Position numbers and translations under genes: made by a program. DNA of 64,000 bases from Massalongia carnosa (taxonomy: Eukaryota), in the NCBI GenBank assembly GCA_965645245.1, contig OZ287067.1, forward strand, positions 1 through 64,000, in the 5' to 3' direction. The notes under the pieces were generated by a model. The model was not told where the DNA came from, did not search any database, and saw nothing but the letters and a program-made list of their open reading frames with translations. The first letter of the stretch is position 1. Each line of letters begins with the position of its first letter. Below, in pieces: positions 12,701 through 23,185 of this stretch.

Positions 12701-13835
12701 GAGGGAACTCCCGAAGACCCTCGTTACCGGCACACCGCAACATGACGTTACCTATTCCTTTGGGAATTAATACTCCTCCAATACCTTGAATTGGAGGGCA
12801 ATCGGATGTCTTGAATGAGGTGAAGATGGAGCGATCGTGGGTAATATGTTGGCTAGTTCCAGAGTCACAGATCCAGAGCTTAGATATTTTGGTTATATCT
12901 GCGGTGGCCATGTAGGCGCAGAAGGCTCCTTTGGTTGAGTCATTGTTTCCGGTTGGCTTTTGGCTTTGGCCTTGACTTTTGGAATTCCTACGACGCTTAT
13001 TGGACTTACGCTGTGAGTCTTGGTTAACGAGGTGTGGATATTTTTCACGACACTCGCTCTCTACGTGATAGTCTTTTCGGCAGTGGTTGCAGAACTTGAT
13101 GGTCTTGGTGATGATTCGAGAATGGGCTGTTCCGGGTTGAGCTCCTGCTTGGGTTTGAGCGTTTGAAACAGCTGCCATTGCGATTACGGCCTTATCGCTG
13201 GACTTGCTTGGGTTGGTCACCGTGTTTTGGAAATGCTGCATAGCCTGACTTAACGTGTGCTTGGGTTCACCCATTTCATTGAAAGGATCATGATCCTGAG
13301 CGTATCGTTCGAAATAGCTGTTGTATTCGAAGCCTAAATTGGTATGGAAGCGATAGATAAGCCAGTTTTCGTCCAGGCTTAGCTTGCTTGAGAAGGTGCG
13401 AAGCTTATTCACCGTGGCGCGAAATTGGGTAACGTAGTCTGCAGGGCTGCTGCAATCCGATAGGATAAGGGTGTCTAATTTTCTAAAGGTGTCATTGAGG
13501 AAACCCGAACCGCGAGGCTTATAGTTTGACTCAAGCAGGTCCCAGGCGACGGAAGCAGTAGTATGGTCTTCTATATCGGTGTAGGCATTTCCTTCACAAG
13601 CTAATCGTAGAGCAGTGCAGGCCTTATCTTGGCCCTTTTTCCATTTGTTGAAGCCATCATTGGGAGCGTTTGGGCGTGGTGCAGCTTCGGTGTTATCACA
13701 ATAGATCCAAAGATCTATCATTTTGAGGCAATCTCGCATGGCTCGCTTCCATGCTGGATAACCCTCGTGGTGCACTAGCTTAGGGATCCTATCAATAGCG
13801 CTATAGGACCCCGATCCAGAGATTTTTTCACTCAT
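9712..13835 (-). CDS. Copia-1 gag-pol polyprotein with a single frameshift near 12670
   Basis: Gag CNHC..H....C; protease WICDSGTSQH; integrase WHARLGH and SDCGGEY; RT YKARWVVRG and YVDDL; RNase H YTDADWAG. The frame shift near 12670 restores PNLISQGQLQRDG, continuing into ORF 9712-12540. Confidence 0.9.
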
Positions 13836-14438
13836 GATGGAAAGGGTTTATTGGAAGAGCTTAATGGATTGTCCTTGTTAACGGACTGGCTTGAACTGGT
13901 GTTTGGTTTTACCGGATTCCGACGGAGTGCTATTATAAGTGCTTGGTGACTTGGTTCTGGCTCTTAGATCGAAAGGATCACAGTCGCTGGGCGGTTCTAG
14001 GTTCGATTTTGATGTGGACTGACCGGGAGTGACTGGAGGCTCAGGGATGATGGTACAAAGCAATCCAATTTTGATTGATCTGAGTTATCTTCTAAGAGAA
14101 AGCAACGATTTCCGCACTAGCCGCCTGTAATGTATGTTGTGAATCCCGTTCAAGCCTTGTTGCCGGCCTATTATTTGGTTGAGGCTCTGAGAGTCATTGG
14201 ATCTCGGCAAGAGTGCCACGTAGGAATGGGGCAGTGATTGATATAATAGATCTAAACGCAGAAGCAGATGCAGGTGCAAAGATAGATTTGAGGCGTTTAG
14301 TTGTGCCTTTGGGGTTGATAAATCGAGAGCGTTTTTTGTTGCTCGAAGCCATAATCCTGCAGTCTTATAACTGATACGCAGATGCTGACTATAAATAGAG
14401 GGCAAAATCGATTACAGGGAGATTTGGTTTCATCCCAA

Positions 14439-14763
14439 TGGATGTCACATTCCCGGTTTTTTGTTGGGAACGTAGATCATCCGAGACATCTGGATGTCAC
14501 ATTCCCGGTTTTTTGTTGGGAATGTAGATCATCCGAGACATCGAAGTGAAAGTCACATTTCCGGTTTTTTATTGGAAATGTAGATCATCCGAGACACCTG
14601 GATGTCACATTTCCGATTTTTTGTTGGGAATGTAGATCATCCGAGACATCAAAGTGAAGTGGATGTCACATTCCCGGTTTTTTATTGGGAACGTAGATCA
14701 TCCGAGACATCTGGATGTCACATTCCCGGTTTTTTGTGGGGAATGTAGATCATCCGAGACATC
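14439..14763 (-). repeat. Six ~52-bp hairpin-forming tandem repeats in the Copia-1 5' UTR
   Basis: Unit tggatgtcacattcccggttttttgttgggaatgtagatcatccgagacatc, arranged as three pairs with ~9-bp spacers. Confidence 0.92.
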
Positions 14764-15016
14764 GAAACGAAGTGCAAGGAGGTGCCTGTTAAAATATTTG
14801 TTAGCGTTCGTTTAGTAAGGGGCAAAGAAGAAGCCGGGCGCCCGATAGTAGTGCTTAGCCATCTCAAACACTGCCGACTGTTTCATATGTGTCGATTTGT
14901 GTCGAATTTTTTTGTAGGAGATTATTCGCGACGGTAATTGTTTGCGACGGTAAGGAGGCTTGTGTTAGTGTAGGTAAAGTAAGACAAGCAAACACATGTA
15001 AAGAGGCGCCCTGCGG

Positions 15017-15030
15017 CCGGGCTCATAACC
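15017..15030 (-). promoter_or_regulatory. Primer-binding site, half-tRNA-iMet type (GGTTATGAGCCC)
   Basis: Immediately 3' of the 5' LTR on the minus strand; same motif as the Ty5/copia-type PBS. Confidence 0.8.
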
Positions 15031-15614
15031 TATCAAAAGATAGTATAGTAGATAGAGGATAGAACGCTTGCTGTTGTTCTATATAGTGGGAATAGCTAGA
15101 TTTATAGACAATGTACGGTATGCTAGTATTAGACTAGCGATACGTCTAGCCATTAGCGTGCGCCATACTCGTGCGGTAGAAGGTGAGTGCGGCTGAAATG
15201 AAGTAACCTGATTTGTACATTCTAACATGATAAACATGAAGCCGAGTATTTGAGATTGCTCGACGTGGAATAGTCACAGATAGAATATCTTATCGATTTA
15301 ACGAAGCTATTCTGCGTCTTCACAAAGATAATTGGTCTATCAAAGCAACCGACCATTCATCAGGTGTTCGAGATCTACAATAAGCTGTTCGATCCTCTGG
15401 ATCAAGCTCGCGTAAGATTATCTCGTAAGCGAGTATCGTGGAAACGTGCTCTATTGAATGGCATCGAGGCGGCTTCAACGAAATTACGTCAATATTATTC
15501 TAAAACTCAGGGGTCATTAGGTTATCTATATGGAAAGGCGGCATTGCTATCTCCTAATAAGAAGGACCTAATTATCAAGGGTCCCAATTGGGATGCGCCC
15601 TATGGGGAAAGTCG

Positions 15615-16285
15615 AGGGTTACATCTTCAGTCAAATCTACTACATCATATGTTAGTAATGCTGCGTCGATTTGCTTATATCGTGGGTTTTTACCGTCGCT
15701 AATCACACTTTCGTTTTCATCGCTTTCACGCAGTTTATCATGCCGTCGCCTTCTCCCTTGTTCAATCGAGTCCATACGTTTAGCACGTCGCTGATTGGCC
15801 TCATCTGCCTCAGCTGCCTCGCGGCCAGTGCAAGCACGCCGACGACTTCCTCCCTTTTTCCACCAGAGGTTTTCCTTCGGTCTGATTTCATCAGGAAAAG
15901 TTGTGGAGATAAGAGATCTAGCCGATCCTCTTTTCAGTCATTGTTTATTGAATTTGGCGCTGTTTGCTACGTATTCTGGAGCATACTCCTCATCTCGATG
16001 TGAATTTTCCATAGATTTATGCAAATCCATTGACTCAAATAATGCAGATTGCATCATATCAACTCCACCGCGGCGATATCTATCACCGGCCTTCTTCAAT
16101 TCTCCCCCTTCGCCTTTCCTTGTTCTCACCTCCTGCTCATCCTCCTCTTCCATCTCCTTCTCATCCTCCTCTTCCATCTCATCCTCACCCTCCCCCCATA
16201 CCTCCTCCTTATCCTTTCCCTTATCCTCTTCTGGCTCCGCCCCTCCCTCTCCCGCAGCGTATATGTGATGATTACCCCTCATCAA
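15615..16285 (-). pseudogene. Probable N-terminal (acidic) remnant of the Mutator-like element's own gene
   Basis: Glu-rich ORF 15938-16285 starts just inside the right TIR and points inward. No recognisable domain. Confidence 0.4.
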
Positions 16286-16490
16286 ATAATCCGAGGCTAG
16301 CTACGTGTGATGTTGGAATTGACTACAGCAATAAGTAATGTTGCAAGTGACTGGGTATATGAAGCTTGCGGAACGTTGCATTAGTAGATGGACTATTAAT
16401 TTAGTGTGAGGGTGAGGCTTAAGCTAGTCCTAATAAGCAGTAGAACTTTACGAGGGGTCTGCCAGATAGGGTCTGTCCCGGATCTACTCG

Positions 16491-18756
16491 GTATGCTGTG
16501 GCTTGATGGTTTTGCCCGCTAGGGAGATAGCTCTCCCCGGGGGGTTCAAATCCGTCTCTGAGGGTCCTTTGATAAAGTGCAAGAGCTGGACTTTGACGGG
16601 GGCAGATTTGGAGGCGTGTGTGTCCGCCCATTTCTGCTCCCTCATCATGAACGAGGCTTCGAGATTTCTACGGTTCTGTTCTGCTGAAGTTCCAATAACT
16701 AGTTTGGATATGTCATCGACATAGCCCAAGTTCATCTTTTTGGGCCCTTCCTCTTCCATAATGTCGGTGTTGTAGAAGAGATAAAGAATAGGAGATATAG
16801 GGGATCCCTGAGGGACTCCAAAGTTCGTGGTGAATGGTTGCAAGGTGTAGTCGGGCATGGCGATGGTAGTTTTCCTTTCATGAAGAAGCTTTTGCTCTAT
16901 TTAGCTATGTTGCCATCTATTCTTCTCTTCCGTAGGTTGTGCAGTAGTCTTTCGTGGGATACGTTATCGTGAGCACCCGAGATGTCCAGCATGAGCACTG
17001 TGGCCACTTCGTTGTTAAGCCAGGCTGCGTGCATGGCCTCTAGGAGCAGATGGAGGGCGTGTTCGGGTGATCTAGCTCGCCTGCCGCCTATATGGAGTCT
17101 GGGGAGTAAGCTCTCGGTCTCCACCGCGTGATTGATTCTGGTTGCAATGATCTTCGCCATAGTCTTACCTAAAGTGTTGAGTAAGGCTATGGGTCTGTAT
17201 GAATTCGGCAAACTGTAATCGGCCTTAGCTGGTTTTGTGAGAACCACCGTGGTGGATTCTCTGAAAGCATTGGGGTGATGACCCAGTTCCCAGCTGGCGA
17301 TATACAGAGCTACAAGTGTGGGCACGATGACATCTCTGAGGATTCTATTAGGCAGTCCGTCGGGACCTGGGGCCGAGAGTGGTGCTGCCTTTGTGATGGC
17401 TTTAGTTATTTCCCGAGCTGAGATGGGAGCAAATTGGATTGGCTCTGGATAGTGATAATCGGCGATGTCTTCAAGATTGTTCGCGTCCGGGATAAGAAAA
17501 AACTTTCTGCGAAGAAGTTCAGCCTTGCCCGAGGCCTCCGTCACTTTGGAGCGATCGCTTTTCATTAGGGTTGGGGTGAAGGCTTGGAATGGGGTCGACC
17601 TGTTCTTAGCCCATTTCGCAAGCTTCCAGAGACCATCTGGAGTGCTGGTGGCCTCCTCTACCCTGTCCCTATGTGTTGTCTTGAGAGCTTTTTGTACGAT
17701 TTTGTTTTTGCTGTTTCTCGCCTCTCGGTAGGCTTCCCAGTCTTCCAGAGAGCGCGTATCCTTATGCTTGCGCCTGAGACGTCTGCATAGGGTGACTGCC
17801 TCTTTGCATTCCGGGGTAAAGCCAGGTTTTGAATGATTGCACCCTCTAGAAAGTGTGATTGCTGTCTCCATTGCGTGCTGGATAGCTTCAACTAACTCAT
17901 GGGCCAAGTTGTCGAGTTCTTGAACTGCGCTCACGCTCCTAGGTGCCGGGAGCTTGTCTGTCATCGTGTCTAGTAGCTTTTTCCTATCAGTCTTAGACCA
18001 CATGCGAGAGGAGCTTATGGCCCTCTTAACTGTGGTGATATCGAATTCTGTGCCAATAGGGTAGTGATCTGAGTCACTATCCAACTCTCTTCTCACATCG
18101 CACATGAGTACGGCTGAAGCCACTGCGGGGGTTGCGAAAGTTAAGTCTATCGTGCTCTGTGCTGATCTATGATCGTATGTTATGGTGCCAGGGGGGAGCA
18201 GAAGTTCTAGCTCGCTTTGATCGAGAATCTCCAGTAGTTGGTCTGCCTCCGGATGTTGATGATGGTAGTCTTCGCCAGTCAATAGGGGATGGTGAAGATT
18301 GAAGTCCCCTACCACTATTTGTTCTCCCTCGACCTCTAGCGCCTTGATTAGGTCTGACAAGGCGCTGTAGTTTCCCTGAGAGGGGGAGGGCTTGTAGATG
18401 TTATGGATATTGATGACTCTCTGGGTTTCGTCAGGAAATTCCAAGTGCAAAGTCATCAGATCCGGAGAGTGGAAGGTAACCTTCCAAGAGGCGCTTGCTA
18501 TGTCTTTGTTGACGAACATGCATACTCTCGGAGGGAGCTCTTGTTCTCCTGTTTCGGGGGGATAGAGAAGGTGAAAAACATTTTTGACCGGATTGTGCGT
18601 AGTGTGTTGATATGGGTTCCCCGCCCAGGGTTCCTGGATGGCCAGAATGCCGTATTTCATGGTTTCCTCCCTACAAAGGAAGTCCGCGATGACAGTGTTC
18701 TTGGATTTGTTGCAGTTGTACTAAAGTATGGACAGATAAGGGGTGTATTCACTCAT
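16491..18756 (-). pseudogene. Tad1-like LINE ORF2, 5' part (APE endonuclease + reverse transcriptase)
   Basis: ILAIQEPW, VGDFNLHHP, STIDLTF, SDHYPI; APGPDG, YRPIALLNTLGK, LDISGAHDNVSH, GVPQGSPISPILY, YVDD. In-frame stops. The ATG at 18756 overlaps the ORF1 TGA. Confidence 0.92.
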
Positions 18757-19400
18757 AGTTCCTCTTCTGTCTGAGTACTGGGCTGCAAGCGACGGGTTGC
18801 CGATCTGGTGGTCATTGAAGAACTATCGTCGTTCTCATTATCGCTCAAGACCTCCACAGCCTTCGAGGAGGGTTTCTTCTTTCCCTTCTTAGAAGCTGCT
18901 TGTGCCATGCTCCTGTTGGTAGAGCTGGGGTTGTCTGCCAAGGGCTCTTCCTCCCCATGCGCCTGCTTCTTCCCCTTGCGGAGAGTTGGCACGGTTTGCC
19001 AATCTTTCTCTCGTACAGAGCCCGTTCGAGGGCCCTGTTCTACCTGGGTTGAGGCTGGGGTCACCTCACTGCTTGTCGTGACCGTCGGCGTGGTCGATGC
19101 CGGCGGACTGCTCCGTTCTTGTTCCTGACCATTTAGGGTATCCCTTGAGGAGGCCCTGAGAGGCCAGAAGGGGAGAGCTTCTTCTTTGGCCCGCTTCATT
19201 CGGGCCTTTTTCTTCTTTCGCTCCGGGCAAGACTCTGCGCTTGCCCCATGGTCTTCCTTGCCACACGCATTTTATTTGAGAGTGACCGATTTGCAATGGG
19301 TCATGTGGTGACTTTCGGAACATTTGAAGCATGTTTGATGCTTCTGTCGGCAAGCATGGCTCGTGTGACCTACCTTACCGCACCGGAAACATTGCCTAAG
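18753..19400 (-). pseudogene. LINE ORF1 (gag-like) 3' remnant
   Basis: Cys/His knuckle remnants (CFKC...H...C) upstream of ORF 18753-19199; 5' truncated. Confidence 0.7.
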
Positions 19401-19409
19401 CCTGGCTCA

Positions 19410-20832
19410 ATAATCTCATCAGGATGCGGGAGAAGTCAATGGAACTGCGGCGACGAAAACGATTTCAGTATGCTACACGATGATGATACACGATGATGCA
19501 CGAGAAAGGGAAGAAACCCTAATCCACGGAAATGTCAGTCAAGCCCATCGCCGAAGAAGAAAAGAAATCAATGCAAGCTTGAACCCAAGATGCTTCATTC
19601 ACGGGCTTCGAGGGTTCCATCAAGAATCGTCGACTCCAGTTCGGAATGACATCAGTCTCGTGCGGGGTGACACTGGCTGCGTACGCGCAGGTGAGGCGAG
19701 GCACCCAGGGCTTGGTGTCGCGGAAGACGGCGCTCAACTGAGTCCACTATGCGTTGAACTAATATTCCATGACCGAGTCGGAAAGGTTCTGGTCGAAGAG
19801 GTGCAAGCTCTGATCTTCGTCTAGCACATGAACAAGCTCATTTCATCGACTATTGACCCGAGCTTTGAACTGAATGTGACATAGTCGTTTTAATCGAATC
19901 GTTTAGATCAGATCGCCCGAGATCGGGATCTGGAAGGAGATGGAGATGAGTTCGAAAGAATAAACTCGCTCGAGCATTCGATCGTTCATCGCTTCGTCGA
20001 CCTTGATCCCTTGATTCATCAATGCATCGCTCTCTCGTTTCATGGAATATTTCCCCGATCTTCGTTCTTGACGATGTTCAAGTGTCGACTGAGAAATATC
20101 AGAGTCCCTCGTCGTCGAGCCGTTGTGACGGACGAATGCAGCTCGTACTTTGCAATGTCGTCCAGCTTCTTGTGAATGACGGTCATGAATTTGACTAGTC
20201 AATCTGGGCTCGTCAGCGGAGGCGGAGGAGGCGCGTGAGCGACCCGCATCAATGCCTGTTCCGCGTTGGGATCGAAATTCAACGGTAGAGTCAACATGTT
20301 TTGGAAAGAGCTGGGAACATCTTCGCCGACGGGCTCGGGGGGATCGAAGCGATTCAAGACGTTACAAAGGCACTGCTGAACCGATAGAATGGCGCGAGTG
20401 GTGGCGAAGTTGGCGAGCACCTGGAAAAGCAGATGAGCGGGCTTGAACGAAAGACAGGATTCGGTCGAGGAGAAGAAGCTTAGTGAAACGGGGAGACCTT
20501 CTCCCAGCAGGCATTCATTACTGGAAGACGGGATCCACAGGGGCTACACAACGTGATGGTCACAATAGAGGTACAAATAGGTAGGGTCGGGTCAAAGGGT
20601 AGACTAAATGCTACCCTTTTGAAGTGCTTGATCATTGATCTATATAGAATAGGACAATCCACAACCTAAGCTCTTCTTCCGTACCTTGCCCATACTACCT
20701 GGTATTTTCGGTCTCCGAAATACTTCGGTCACCGAAAGACACGGGTAGATGAGACTAGGCAGGCGAGCTAGGGGAGGTGAGGCGAGGCGAGGGGATACTT
20801 CGTGTACTACGAAAACACCTCGATAATAAGTT
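19410..20832 (-). mobile_element. Degenerate LTR-element remnant: internal leader/gag relic (19410-20483) plus part of a 484-bp-family LTR (20484-20832)
   Basis: 20484-20832 matches 7698-~8046, and the LTR resumes at 29340 after the Mutator insertion. The internal segment has no clear ORF. Confidence 0.7.
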
Positions 20833-23185
20833 GAGTACGGATACATGGACACCCCTTTAGTTACCTAGACACTCCCCTGGGTTACCTAGACACCCCCCTC
20901 CTAGAATAGGTAAAGATTAAGGGTCATGCCCTACCGCTTACCTGCATCGGGGTAGTGAGGGGGCAATTTCTTTGGCACCTGAAAATTTTTTCTTTTTTCG
21001 AATGTTGGCACACGAAATTCTTCTGCCACTTGAACTTCATCTATCCGATGTCGACCTCTCTACCACCTGGTGGACTCGCTCCTCCTGAAGATGGACAAAG
21101 CTTCGAAAGTTTGGAAGACCTCATTCTTCGCGTCAACGAGCATGCCGGCCGTCAAGGATATGCCGTTGTTTTGGGCCGGACCAAGAAGTCGAAACTCAAG
21201 GTGACGAGAAAGGCTTGGCTGGTCTGCGACCGAGGCAGGAAATCCAATGGACCGACTGGTCAGGATCGGCGACATACAAGCAGCAGACGGATTGAGTGCC
21301 CTTTTTCCTGCGTTGCGAAGCGCGAAAATGAGAATGGAATTTGGTTCTTAGAGGTCATCACACCGGGACATAATCATTCCGCCACACTTGCCGGCGCCTA
21401 TCCTGCATTGAGGAAGCTGGCGATGACATCAGAGGTTAAGAGCGAGATCTCTCGAGCGCTGACAGTGCAGACGGCACCTTCTAGAATTCTTTCAAGTCTC
21501 AGAATTCCTGACCCGATGACTGGAGTCAATCACGAAGATCCCGAAGATCCCGTCATCGTCAATCCAATGTTCAAACCTCGAGACATTTACAATGTCAAGG
21601 CGCAGCTACGTCGCGAAGCCCTCGGTCCATTGACTTCCGTTCAGGCATTGATTCGCGAGTTGGATCAAGGAGATTAGGTATACAATGTGCAGAAGAATCA
21701 TCTCAATCAGATCAGTCATTTATTCTTCATAAAGGGCAGTTCTCAAAGAATTCTGAAGACCAATTACGAGGTGTTGGTGATGGACTGCACATACAAAACG
21801 AATCGCTACAAAATGCCACTTTTGATTATTAGTGGTCAGACGGCATTACATTCCAACTTCTATGTGGCGTTTTGTTTCATGGCCAAAGAAACGACTTCTG
21901 ATTATACATGGGTTCTGCAGCAATTGCAAGCTTTGTATGTGAATTTGGAGCTTCCTACTCCGACGGTTATCGTCACCGACATGGAAAGAGGTCTGATGTC
22001 TGCAATTGAGACTGTCTTGCCTACAACCAATCATCTGCTTTGTCTTTGGCACATTAACAACAATGTCCTAGTCAATTGTAAGAAGCATTTCGATTCCAAA
22101 GAATCTTGGGATCGATTCTTCGCAGATTGGAAGTCAGTGATATACGCATCTTCGGAAACGGAATTTCGGGAGACATGGGAGCGGTTTAGTCTGCAATATC
22201 AGGGAAATTGCATTGAGTATCTGGACTCCACCTATGTCTCTTCTTTTCGGCATCACTTTGTCAAGTGCTATACCAATACGATCTTGCATTTCGAGACGAC
22301 AACCACCTCTCGCGGAGAAGGCGGGCATGCGGTTCTGAAACGACAGTTGGGATCCTCATCCGGAGATCTCAAGACAGTAGTGGACGGAATCAATTTGCTG
22401 CTGATCAATGAGCTACATAACTATCTGATCAATCTTGATGAGGCTAAAGTACGACTTCCTTTGAGTCTTCGTAAACCAATCTTTCAAGAAGTGGCACCAT
22501 ATATCACCCCATACGCCTTGAGAAAGATACTCCCTCAGTATCTTCGACTCATTGAGAGACCAACAGCCCTGCCGGCCTGCACTCAAACCTGCACGCTGAC
22601 TACCGGTCTTCCATGCAGTCACAAGATTCAGCAACGGCTGTATGAGGGTGGCAGATTGTTGATCGAAGATGTGCATTCACATTGGAGGTAGTACTCAACT
22701 TTCTAACTTTCTAGATTGATGAAGCTGACTTGAAATGTAGATTTGATAGAACTCAAGTTCTGCCTCGCGTCGAGATCGATAATCCCCATCTTCTGATTCA
22801 AGAACCAGAAGTTGCAAGAACTCGAGGGTGTCACGGTGCGAGGTCAGGTAGGAATTCAGGTGGTGCAAACGTGTTACTTGATTGTCTAGCTAGGTGGACA
22901 AGACGTTCGACAAGGAGAAAAGAAACAGAAAATCCAACGTGGGCGAGTATAAGACTCTGGCGAACGGAACTAGTCCCAATCCAGCCGTTGATCCAATTTC
23001 CCCAAGTCCCTAGCATGAAACTATCGCCATGACACTATTGATAGTCGGAACACTTACCTTTGAACCGGATTAAGCTTAGTTCCTTTCGGATCGGCTAACC
23101 GGCTAGTGCTTCGTTCAAGCAGCTAAGGTTGATTCAATGAACTAACTGGCAGGTGCCCAGTCACTCCATGACACCAGCTCCCCTT

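Larger units (their letters stand above)
9272..15227 (-). mobile_element. Full-length Ty1/copia LTR retrotransposon (Copia-1)
   Basis: 197-bp LTRs at 9272-9468 and 15031-15227 with one mismatch; TSD TGATA; PBS and purine tract present; order gag-PR-INT-RT-RH. Confidence 0.96.
7306..15610 (+). pseudogene. hAT-family transposase relic, split by a solo LTR and a copia element, 3' truncated
   Basis: BED-finger-like CSRC...H..SC (7306-7697); SLALDRWSS, SHTG, TTDSASNN, VPCLSHVIQLAVK (8330-8893); KLRQYYSKT...AALLSP (15364-15610). Confidence 0.88.
6356..16490. mobile_element. Mutator-like element with ~140-bp TIRs and a 10-bp TSD, inserted in LINE ORF2
   Basis: 6356-~6497 is the reverse complement of ~16353-16490 (CGAGTAGA...). 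TSD GTATGCTGTG at 6346-6355 and 16491-16500. Removal restores LINE frame TIKPQHTATYLS. Confidence 0.88.

Noticed and set aside
13878..14405. Extra gene or env-like ORF upstream of Copia-1 gag
   Set aside because: Short ORFs without ATG starts or recognisable motifs; in frame with gag but separated by stops.
14439..14763. CRISPR-like array of palindromic repeats
   Set aside because: No unique spacers, no cas genes, eukaryotic context; it lies in a retrotransposon leader.
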